Source: Haliotis rufescens
Taxonomy: Eukaryota
NCBI RefSeq assembly: GCF_023055435.1
Contig: NW_025963780.1
Coordinates: 33,604,001-33,668,000, forward strand
Length of the DNA: 64,000 nt
Direction: 5' to 3'
Positions 24,508 to 36,500 of the stretch are shown here, one piece after another. The stretch's first letter is position 1. Each line of letters begins with the position of its first letter. Position numbers and translations under genes: made by a program. Below the pieces are notes generated by a model. It saw only the letters and a program-made list of their open reading frames with translations. It did not search any database and was not told the origin of the DNA.

Positions 24508-27500
24508 GTATGTAGTCATGGTAACGCAGTCTTCAAGTTGACCACTAGTAGTACATCACATGGTTCATAATTTCTTAATGTCACGTTCAGTGTTCACGGC
24601 ACATGTGCACAGCGTCTATCCTATCTGATACTTGTGTGAAATACTGCATGCTCTGAACTAGCTGTAGGAATCCTGGGCCCACTTGCACAAAACGATCTTA
24701 TCGCTAAGACTATTGTAAGTCTATGTTAAAGTATGGGAGTTAAGATCATCTTAGCGCTAAGATTGCTTTGAGCAAGTTGGCCCTGGATGCGAGTCCTTTC
24801 TGACGAATGTCTACAATGGGCACGCTGCGTCCTTGTAACAGATCGCGTCCAATGACTTCTTGATAACCTTGATCATTACTTGTGATCTGTGAGCTTTAGT
24901 ATTGGGTAAAGTTAGGACAACTGCTTTGGGCATATCTATTTATTACCTACGGGTTTAAGAAACAGGTGGGGAGACGAGTGTCGTACAATGTTGACCTCAT
25001 TTTATTTGTTTTGATTGGATAACTGTGACCTTGCTTAGGTCACACATGAAACATCACACTGGCACTATTTTCATTCTTAAAAACTAATGACGCCTTCAAC
25101 ATTAACAGGGGCGGTCTGAAAGCCTAGTTGTTAAAGCGTTCGCTCATCATCCCGAAAAACCGGGTTCGATTCCAGACATGGGTATAATGTGTGAAGCCCA
25201 TTTCTGGTGTCCCCCGCCGTGATTTTGTTGGAATATTGCTAAAAGCAGCGTAAAACGATACTCACTCACTCATTCACTCAACATTAACAGGTTAGATGCT
25301 GCAACATTAAAGTGACTTCTTTGAGTGGCATTTAGAAGTTGGAATGGTAACTTAGACAAAATTGTTATGGATGAGCAACTTCTTTATTACAATTGGGCAA
25401 CGTTTCGGTGTAGATCAAGCAAATGATGTACAAACTAGGTATGAGCATGATATATATACATAACAATAGATTGTTATTTCATTAACATTATTTCATTATT
25501 TCATATTTCATTATTTCATATTTCATTCAATAAACAGTGTTTTCTATTGTTATGTATATATATCATGCTCATACCTAGTTTGTACATCATTTGCTTGATA
25601 ACGGTGTTAGAATCTACACCGAAACTTCGCCCAATTGTAATAAAGAAGTTACTCATCCATAACAATTTTGTCTTAGTTAACATTAAAGTGTGCTTGACAT
25701 TTGAGTAGGACTAGTTTACATATACACATGCACAGAAGTGTCAACAATGCCCATGTTTTGGCACATATAAGTATTCATACTGAACCTGGTTTGCAACAGG
25801 TTTAGGTTTGGTCCGTTGAGTGGACATAGATTGTTATTTATTTACACATATTTAACATTGGTAATCAGAGCTTCTGATAACTTTTTGAGCAATTGAGTTT
25901 TTACTCTAGGGTTCTAATTTAATTGGGTTATTACATTTTTCATTGGGTAACCAATATTTTTTCACTCATCTATTCATAACTCTTTTGGGTTTTTCCCCAA
26001 AAGAGTGGACATTTTAAGACTTCAGAAAATGAAATAATGTTTTAGATGTATATAACCATGATAACTGTTCTAAATATATAGGCTTGACTCGGAAAGTAAA
26101 TAAGCTGATAATTGTGCTTCAGAAATTAGCTCCTTTGTACGCATTCTGAAAAATCTACATTGGGTATTTACGCGTTCTGCTTTTATACATTTGAGTTTTC
26201 CATTTAATGCATGCAATTCTGTACGCAAATTAATTGAAAGTATTTGGGTTTTGAATATTTTGGGGGGTATTTTATGCAAATACGCTGCTTGTCCATAGCT
26301 CTGGGTAACGAATAAAATACCATGCAATTCTTGTCAGATACCACTTCTATGAAACTTGTGAACTTTCTAGGTATTTAATCCAGGTTTCACTTGGTCAGAT
26401 ACCAGGGATGTCAACTCATTTCATAAAAATGGTATCTAATGAGAATGAGTGTCATATTTTACATGTATATGATACTGTAAATCTGGAAAATAATGCGTCT
26501 CCAAATTAATACGACTGCTTACCCCTAGCCAAAAATGCGACATTTCCTTAATATTTCATATTACATGTGAAGATTCTGGGGTAGAATAGGTCTTCAGCAA
26601 CCAATGCTTGCCGTAAAAGGCAAGTATGCTTGTCCTAAAAGGCGACTAACGGGATCGGGTGGTCAGGCTTGCTGACTTGGATGATGCATGTCATCAATCC
26701 CAATTGCGTGGATCGATGCTCATGACATAAATCACTGGATTGTCTGGTCCAGACTCGATGATTTACAGACTGCCGTCATATAGCTGGAATATTGCTGAGT
26801 GCGGCGTAAAACAACAAACCAACCAACCAACCAATCATATTACATACCTATCTCAGTGATGTATTATACATACATATGTGATATAATAAATAAATATGTG
26901 AAAATGCATGTAAGGATTTGACTTCAGCAACCCATGCTTGCCGTAAGAGCCGACTCTGCTTGTCGAAAGAGGTGACTAACAAGATCAGGTGGTCAGGCTC
27001 GCTGACTTGGTTCATGCATGTCATCGTATCCCAATTGTGCAGATACATCAATATGTAATTGTTTCTTTTTGATGTACTCTCTACACATCTGTGTGCAATA
27101 TGGAGGTAGTCAACATATCCAGCCAAAATCAGTCATCCATGTCAACCCATGGTCGCTATACCTTAGCCAATATTCCCATCGATCACATCATTCCATCTGT
27201 CCGTAAATGTTCAGTAGTTGGTTCCATGAACTCATTCTTGCATGTTAAGTTGGAAGTCCCATTAATCACTCAATGGACTACTGGTAATTAATACCATCAC
27301 TCCCTGGTCAACTGTTGGTACCATCCATCCACAGTCATTCATCCCATCCATCCATCACTCAGTGGTCAACTGCTAATCCCTTCCATCACTCTGAGGTCAA
27401 CTGCTAATCCCTTCCATCACTCAGTGGTCAACAGCTAATTCCATCCATCACTCTGAGGTCAACTGCTAATCCCTTCCATCAACCAGTGGTCAATTGCTAG

Positions 27501-30500
27501 TCCCTTCCATCAATCAGTGGACAACTGCTAATTCCATCCATCACTCTGAGGTCAACTGCTAATCCCTTCCATCACTCTGAGGTCAACTGCTAATCCCTTC
27601 CATCACTCTGAGGTCAATTGCTAATCCCTTCCATCACTCTGAGGTCAATTGCTAAACCCTTCCATCACTCAGTGGTCAACTGCTAATCCCTTCCATCACT
27701 CTGAGGACAACTGCTAATCCCTTCCATTACTCAGTGGTCAACTGCTAATTCCATCTATTACTCAGTGGTCAACTGCTAATTCCATCCATCACTCAGTGGT
27801 CAACTGCTTATCCCTTCCATCACTCTGAGGTCAATTGCTAATTCCATCCATCACTCTGAGGTCAACTGCTAATCCCTTCCATCACTCTGAGGTCAACTGC
27901 TAATTCCATCCATTACTCAGTGGTCAACTGCTAATCCCTTCCATCACTCTGAGGTCAACTGCTAATCCCTTCCATCAACTGGAGGTCAACTGCTAATCCC
28001 TTCCATCAACTGGAGGTCAACTGCTAATCCCTTCCATCAACTGGAGGTCAACTGCTCATCCCTTCCATCACTCAAAGGTCAACTGCTAATACCATCCATC
28101 ACTCCATTCTCCAGTATGCATCTTTCATTGCTAAGCTACCAGCATGTCCATAACCCATCCTCAGGTACATCTCTGATTCATATTTCCCCATCCATTGTGC
28201 CCATGGAGTTTCACAGGCCTTCATCACAACAGTCTTCCTTCCCTCAGACCCAAAGCCTTGGGAGTCAGATTTCAAATCACGATCAAGAACCGCTAGGCCG
28301 ACATCCTCTGAGCAATCTTCCACCACACCAAAGTGGGGTGCTGGGTCAACAAGGTCAACAGGATCATCCTACCAGGACCCTGCTGCCACCCGCAGATGGG
28401 GTGCCCCGCCCACATCCACAAAGTCTGATGAACCCCCTAAGCGTCGATGGGGCCCAGGTTCTATGCCCACACAATCAGACGACTCTGGCTCAACTCCAAG
28501 ATGGGGATCTGGCACATCATCAACATCCTCAGCCCCATCTGAGGAGACCCCAAGACGTAGGTGGGGATCAGGATCAACAAGGACATCTGACACAACATCA
28601 GCAACATCAACAACACCTACGGAGGAGACCCCACGGCGCCGTTGGGGGCCAGCATCAACACCTGCAGATGAACCTTCAACACCTGGTACAGAATCTAAAA
28701 GAGCATCTGACTTTAAACCAAGGAGATACAAATCCTGGCGGGACCCTTCTCCAGAACCATCTCCAGAACTGGAAGCCACTGAGGTGTCCTTGACCTTGCC
28801 GAGTGGAGAGTCAGAACCCATTGTGGAAGCATCAGAAGAGCCAGTAGAGGCTACCTTCACCTTGGAACCGGCTGTATCAACCCTGGAGGCAGCGTTCATT
28901 ACTCCCAAACCAGAAGAGGAGGCACCCAAACTTGCTAGTTAGTGTTGAGCGTTCAGCAAGTGTTATGTCGTCTATGACCTGTGTACATGGTGTGTTTGTG
29001 CAGTGGCATGCTGAATACTGCTTGCTCCAAGAGAATCCTTATGTTTTTTGTATCACGAATCCCAGAAGATATATTCCTGTCCGAATGCATATGATGATGG
29101 TGTGAAGGGTTAATTTTTTTTATAACATTTATTATTTTCAGAGATATATCATTTTGCATGTTGTTTCCAGTAATCTTTGCCCAGCCAAGCTGATACATAG
29201 ACTTCAGGAGTTATGTTTTTTGCATTTATATATATTACTGATATCCCAACATAACAGTGCTCTCTTAATCCCAAAGTGACAGTGCTTTGGTGCAGTAATT
29301 CCTTCCAATCCGAAAAAAAACCCAGAACTGTATCAATCAGTAAAGTCTGTTTTCTGGGGCAATATTAAAAAATCCATTTTGCCGTCATTACAATAATCCA
29401 AGCCATGTCATTATGTACTTCAAGCCATACCATCTTCATCACTATGATACATCATCGTTGGCACCAGTGCACTTGCACTTAGGATGTATACCATTCTCAT
29501 CATTAACATGCTCGGACCAACCACTCTCTACTTGTATTGGCAGTAGAGTTTGATGAACTTCTAGTCTCTGAAGTGAACATAGTTGAACATTTGTTATGTT
29601 AAATTGTCTTTTAATATATATAATAGAAAGGAGGCCAGAGAGTCACTTCAGTTTCAGAAACTGAAGATTCCAGACTTTTCAGATATTTAGTTTCTCTGTC
29701 TGTGTGAGAGTAGTGGGTGGGTTTATGTGGGTGGTTTGGTGCTTGGGGGTCAGGTGGATTGTTTCATCGGTGGATTTAGGTGGATAGTTTTGTGCTTGGG
29801 GGTCAGGTGGATTGTTTCATGGGTGGATTTAGGTGGATAGTTTTGTGCTTGGGGGTCAGGTGGATAGTCTCATGGGTGGATTTAGGTGGGTAGTTTTGTG
29901 CCTTGGGGGTCAGGTGAATAGTTTCATGGGTGGATTTAGGTAGGTAGTTTGGTGCTTGGGGGTCAGGTGGATAGTCTCATGGGTGGATTTAGGTGGGTAG
30001 TTTTGTGTTTGGGGGTCAGGTGAATAGTCTCATGGGTGGATTTAGGTGGGTAGTTTTGTGCTTGGGGGTCAGGTGAATAGTTTCATGGGTGGATTTAGGT
30101 AGGTAGTTTTGTGCTTGGGGGTCAGGTGGATTGTTTCATGGGTGGATTTAGGTGGAGAGTTTTGTGCTTGAGGGTAAGGTGGATAGTTTCATGGGTGGAT
30201 TTAGGTGGGTAGTTTTGTGCTTGGGGGTCAGGTGAATAGTTTCATGGGTGGATTTAGGTGGGTAGTTTTGTGCTTGGGGGTCTGGATGGCCTGGATGGTG
30301 AGGGGCAGGTGGGCCTGGATGGTGAGGGTCAGGTGGACCTGGATGGTGGGGGTCAGGTGGGCCTGGATGGTGAGGGACAAGTGGGCCAGGATGGTGAGGG
30401 TCAGTTGGGCCTGGATGGTGGGGCAGGTGGGCCTGGATGGTGAGGGTCAGGTGGGCCTGGATGGTGAGGGTCAAGTAGGCCTGGATGGTGGGGCAGGTGG

Positions 30501-33500
30501 GCCTGGATGGTGAGGGTCAGTTGGTCCTGGATGGTGGGGCAGGTGGGCCTGGATGGTGAGGGTCAGGTGGGCCTGGATGGTGAGGGTCAGGTGGGCCTGG
30601 ATGGTGGGGCAGGTGGGCCTGGATGGTGGGGCAGGTGGGCCTGGATGGTGAGGGTCAAGTAGGCCTGGATGGTGGGGCAGGTGGGCCTGGATGGTGAGGG
30701 TCAAGTGGGCCTGGATGGTGAGGGTCAAGTGGGCCTGGATGGTGGGGGTCAGGTGGGCCTGGATGGTGGGTCAAGTGGGCCTGGATGGTGAGGGTCAGGT
30801 GGGCCTGGATGGTGAGGGTCAAGTGGGCCTGGATGGTGGGGGTCAGGTGGGCCTGGATGGTGGGTCAAGTGGGCCTGGATGGTGAGGGTCAGGTGGGCCT
30901 GGATGGTGGGGTTCAAGTGGGCTTGGATGGTCGGGGTCAGGTGGGCCTGGATGGTGAGGGTCAGGTGGGCCTGGATGGTGAGGGTCAAGTGGGCCTGGAT
31001 GGTGAGGGTCAGGTGGGCCTGGATGGTGAGGGTCAGGTGGGCCTGGATGGTGAGGGTCAGGTGGGCCTGGATGGTGGGGCAGGTAGGCCTGGATGGTGAG
31101 GGTCAGGTGGGCCTGGATGGTGGGGTTCAAGTGGGCTTGGATGGTCGGGGTCAGGTGGGCCTGGATGGTGAGGGTCAAGTGGGCCTGGATGGTGAGGGTC
31201 AAGTGGGCCTGGATGGTGAGGGTCAGGTGGGCCTGGATGGTGAGGGTCAGGTGGGCCTGGATGGTGAGGGTCAGGTGGGCCTGGATGGTGGGGCAGGTAG
31301 GCCTGGATGGTGAGGGTCAGGTGGGCCTGGATGGTGGGGTTCAAGTTTTGGCTTGGATGGTGGGGGTCAGGTGGGCCTGGATGGTGGGGCAGGTGGGCCT
31401 GGATGGTGAGGGTCAAGTAGGCCTGGATGGTGGGGCAGGTGGGCCTGGATGGTGAGGGTCAAGTAGGCCTGGATGGTGAGGGTCAGGTGGGCCTGGATGG
31501 TGAGGGTTTAGTGGGCCTGGATGGTGGGTCAAGTGGGCCTGGATGGTGAGGGTCAGGTTGGCCTGGATGGTGGGGGTCAGGTGGGCCTGGATGGTGAGGG
31601 TCAGTTGGTCGTGGATGGTGGGGCAGGTGGGCCTGGATGGTGAGGGTCAAGTGGGCCTGGATGGTGGGGCAGGTGGGCCTGGATGGTGAGGGTCAAGTGG
31701 GCCAGGATGGTGAGGGTCAAGTGGGCCAGGATGGTGGGGCAGGTGGGCCTGGATGGTGGGGGTCAGGTGGGTCTGGATGGTGAGGGTCAAGTGGGCCTGG
31801 ATGGTGAGGGTCAAGTGGGCCAGGATGGTGAGGGTTAAGTGGGCCTTGATGGTGGGGGTCAATTGGGCCTGGATGGTGGGGGTCAGGTGGGCCTGAATGG
31901 CTGGGGATGTCACTACCTAGTCACACAGGTCTATATAAATCCAACACTCTTAGTCTGTGACTTTAGCCACCTCTCAAATCCCAAGTCAATTTCACAATTT
32001 CTTTTACTTGGTGATTTATCTAGATTTCCAAACTCAATGACTTTGCAGGCAAATTGAAAAATATTATAATATTGTTTAAAATTGAATGTTTTTATTCTTC
32101 TTATATTTGTAAATTTGGAGGAATTTGGGGAATTTTTAATTCAAATTGGGATTATTTTCTTTTACATTTGCTGCAGACTTCAGTCCGAAAATCGGCCTCT
32201 GAGCAGGTTGAGATAAACTCCCGTTACTCTCATATGATAAGCTCACCAAAGGTTGAGATAGTAGAATCAAATGTTTGATTAAATATTAGTACATGGACAA
32301 TGATCAATTAGTCAGTTAAGTGGATGGCTTTGTCTTGACCAGAGCTGAACAAAACATGGTTGGTCCTAGGTGAACTTTGACAATTTTTTAATTTGTTTAG
32401 TTTACATTTTATAATCCTATCATTACCCCACTGATTCATTCATGCTTTATATGGAAGCCCAGGTGTGTTTTGTATTAGGGGTAATAGGCATACAATGGTA
32501 TTTACTCAGAAATGTTCCTCTTCAACCTTCAACCAATTAAATTCTAATGCTTCACTGTGGGGCATAGGTGGCCGAGTCATCGAGGACACCACAGCTCACT
32601 GTGCAGAGTGGTGTCCCTTGGGCATGCCAAACACCTATGATCAGGGGTTCAAATCCCGGTCCACCATGATTATGTTTCTAGGTTTGTCAGCACCATACCC
32701 ATGCTCATGGGTTTCACCAAAGTGGTAAACATCTGAGACCTGCACAAGTTTGGCGTTCCTTACACATGAAACTGACACACCGTGATATAACTGAAATACT
32801 GTTCAAAGCAGAGTTGAACCCAAGTTACTCACTCACTCATGTTTAGCTGCTGAAAACATCACAGCCAATAACAGCATGCTGCACTCACAGTTCAAAATTG
32901 TGTGGTATTTTTAACAACTTGTATGTTTGAACTCCCCTGGTGCTTAGCTGTCAAAGTTGTTACAGTAAATATTTTGATGGAATGGAATAGCTCAGTGGCT
33001 ATTACCAGTTATGTCCCTTCTAAGCCTCTCCTATGGACCAATCAGATTCCACCTCTCGTATCACTTGCGTTTGCTTTACACAAAATGGTGGCGCCCGGTC
33101 AATTCGATTTGATAGACAATCAAGATCTATATTGGGATAAAACGCGTCTTACATCGCGAAATGCATCAAATCACGTGAGCACCTTGATTAAAAACATGCA
33201 AAAAACATTTGGAAAATATCTGCTGACAACGAGTTGGCAGTGAACATGCTTTGCAAATCCTGCAATCGACCGAAATATGCATGACAGTCTACGAACCGGA
33301 TTTCGATTTTGGTGTGCGATTTTGATTGGACTATGCATAGACTCGTTAGTCCAGCCAAAATGTAACTCCATAATACTAGCCTAGTTTGGCAAGGGTGGTA
33401 ACTGGACTTTTATAGTCAGTTAACTCTCTTGCCTCAGGAAGATGAAGACAACTGACAATATGGAGGTCTACTGACCATCTGTTGTTTCACAGACCCATGA

Positions 33501-36500
33501 AGATCTAGGGTAGAATAGGCCTTCTGCAACCCATGCTTGACGTAAAAGGCAACTTTGCTTGTCTTAAGAGGCAACTAACAGGATCAGGTGGTCAGGCTCG
33601 CTGCCTAGGTGGATGCATGTCATTGCATCCCATTTGCGTAGATGGATGCTCATGATCACTGGATTGTCTGGTCCACACTTGATTATTTACTACTGCCGTC
33701 ATATGGCTGAAATATTGATGAGTGCAGCGTTAAACAACAAACAAACAGTTGCTTCAGAGGCTCCTTACCTGTGATCAATCATCAAAGTCTACTTATATAT
33801 TTGGGGTGGTCAGGTAGCCTAGTGGTTAAAGCATTCGCTCTTCACGCCGAAGACCCGGGTTCGATTCCCGACATGGGTACAATGTGTGAAGCCAAATTTT
33901 CAGGTGTCCCCTGTCGTGATATTGGTGGAATATTGCCAAAAGCAGCGTAAAACCATACTCACTCACTCACTCACTCACTACTTATATATTTAATATAAGA
34001 TGATACTATTTTGGTAATTGGCACATCTGCCAATTAATATAATGCAAAGTGAAAAATAAATAATCTCAGAAAATAATATTCTCCCCAACAAAATGTGTTG
34101 ACCTGCTTGACCCCTAGTAATACAATATCTGCAAGACAAAAATGTCCAGCATAAAAAACACAGCACACGCGGCATCATAGAAAACCTTTCCAAATCTTCA
34201 TTGTCTACTTTCGTTTCATTTTCTTCCCATCTATCCACCAGGATCATTCGCAGGGTAATCTGTGAACAAAGAAATAACAGAAGTCTGGCCTTCATTGCAT
34301 CAACATTCTGTAATCAAAATACTTGGTTTGACAAAAAACATTATGAAATGAATAATTATCACAATATAAGCCCAAATAATTTTAATCCTGATAAAGCCAG
34401 TGACATTATGCTGTGAATCTTGCATAACGATGTTCCCAAATGTCATTAACCCATTATTTATTAATTCTGCATTCTACTTGGTTGTAGTCCAGTTATTTAT
34501 TTTGTTGGAAAAGATATATAATTATATGTGCAAATGATTTTAGTTCCAACTTACTGTAATATTTGGAGCATGGTACATTATCTGAGTCGGGGAATTTTAT
34601 CAGCAGATGTTGAAGAACCTGATCTCAACTCTCTCTCTACTGATCATTAAGCAGACTTTTTATCATACCAAACTCACACATTCTGATTGGACGTAAGTTA
34701 AAGACGAAGTATAAAATCTATAGGGTTAATTGAAGGTTAAAATATTTTTTTACAATGTAACTCTTTAGTTTCAGTTAATTCCTCTTTACTGCCAAGCAGA
34801 ATAAAACAGCTTAAGCATAAAATGATTATTTGTTTGTGTAGAATTACTTGACAGTGCTTATTACGGAGGTGTGAGTCATGCCATCATCTGACTCTGATTA
34901 ACATTACAGAGTCAACTGATGAAGCATCAAAGTTGGCTGAATCAAAACCAGAGCAGGTACTGGTACCAGAACCCGCACCCACACCAGAGCCAACACCAGC
35001 ACCGGTGCAAGCACCGAAACCAGAACCTGTGGTGGCGCCTGTGGTAGCGCCTGTGTCAGCACCTGTGCCCAAGCCTGTACCAGAACCTAAGCCGAAACCT
35101 GAACAAGAGCCGAAGCCAAAGCCGAAACCTGTGCCAGAATCTAAGCCGAAGTCAGTGCCAGAGCCGAAACCCAAATCTGTGCCAGAACTTAAGCCAAAGT
35201 CTGTGCCGGAACCAAAGTTTAAGCCTGTATCAGAACCGAAGCCGAAGTCGGTGCCGGAGCCCAAGCCAAAGCCTGCCGTGAAGACTGTGGCAGATCCTGT
35301 GCCACAGGCTGTGCACAAACCTGTGCCACAAGCAGAGAAGGAGGAGCCCCCAGTCAGTGAGTCTGTGTTCCTGTATATATCCAAGCTCGTTGTAAATATG
35401 TAGCGGCCATAAAATTTCAGAGTCCCGTGATGGGATTCGAACCACGGACCTTCTGAGCACAGGTCGGACGCCTTGTCCACATTACCAAAGAGGTTAACCC
35501 TGTCAGCAAGCTGAAAAGGTAAGGATGTCATCTGTGGGATGACTCCACGTCCTGCTACAAATAAACCATGCTTATCAGGCCAGTCTTCTGTCCTTGAGGA
35601 CATGTGCAGGTGGGCGCTGTGGACATTATAGATCTGAAGTACTTGTCCTTGTGTACACGTCAGATATCTTTTACATAGCTGTGATATATGATTGTGATAT
35701 TGCTGTGATATTGCTGTGATACATCTGTGATACATCTGTGACATAGCTGTGGACCCATGAAGATCCGGGGTAGAATAGGTCTTCAGCAACCCATGCTTGC
35801 CGTGAAAGGCGACTATGGCTGTCATACATCTGTGAGTGTGATATGTACCTGTGATATGGCTGTGTGATACATCTATGACACATAGTTGTGAGATATGGCC
35901 AGTGTCCGAAATAACTGCCTGTAAAGCTTGTAACTTTTCTGTCAGGCAGCATGAAATTTTCCTCCACCTGCCCGACTGTTTTAAGAAAACTTATGTATTC
36001 ATCGTAGATTCTCAAGTAATTGTTTGCAATATTTCAATTGAATTAAGACATGATTTGTCTCTTAGTTCTTGTGCTTTTTCAATATTTATAATGCCTGAAT
36101 GCAGGCAGGTAACTTTGAAGATGGGCAGGCAACACTTTTGGGTCACCTGCCCGACTGTCTTGTTGAGTTTTTAAATTATTTCGGACTCTGGATATGGCTG
36201 TGGTACCACTGATAGTCAGTGATGGCTGGGGTACATCACACAATATGTCCTGCCTCCTCACATGATGTCCCTACTCCGCAGATCCGGAGGTGATTCGGTC
36301 TTGGGAGTCTGACGCTAACAAGGGCTCCGAGGAGCATCAGCTGAAGCTGGGAAAACACTTCCTGTCTCTGGCCGACTCGGATATAGAGAGGGACCGCAAT
36401 GCAGGCCTGGCTCTTGATTGGCTGCTTCGAGCCTCCAAACAGGGTAGTGAGGAGGCAACAGAACTGCTGCAGAGTTGTGTCAACAGGAGTCTGCCTGGTA

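Noticed and set aside
28116-28793. 225-aa Gln/His-rich ORF
   Set aside because: Alternative frame of WFS1 exon 3; splice phases support the RWG frame.
30148-32057. Collagen-like or His/Pro-rich ORFs (GLDGEGQV, HHPGPPDP)
   Set aside because: Frequent 22-bp variants shift the frame; this is an intronic satellite.
34884-35825. 313-aa minus-strand Gly-rich ORF
   Set aside because: Antisense shadow of the WFS1 PEPK exon, extended through repeats.
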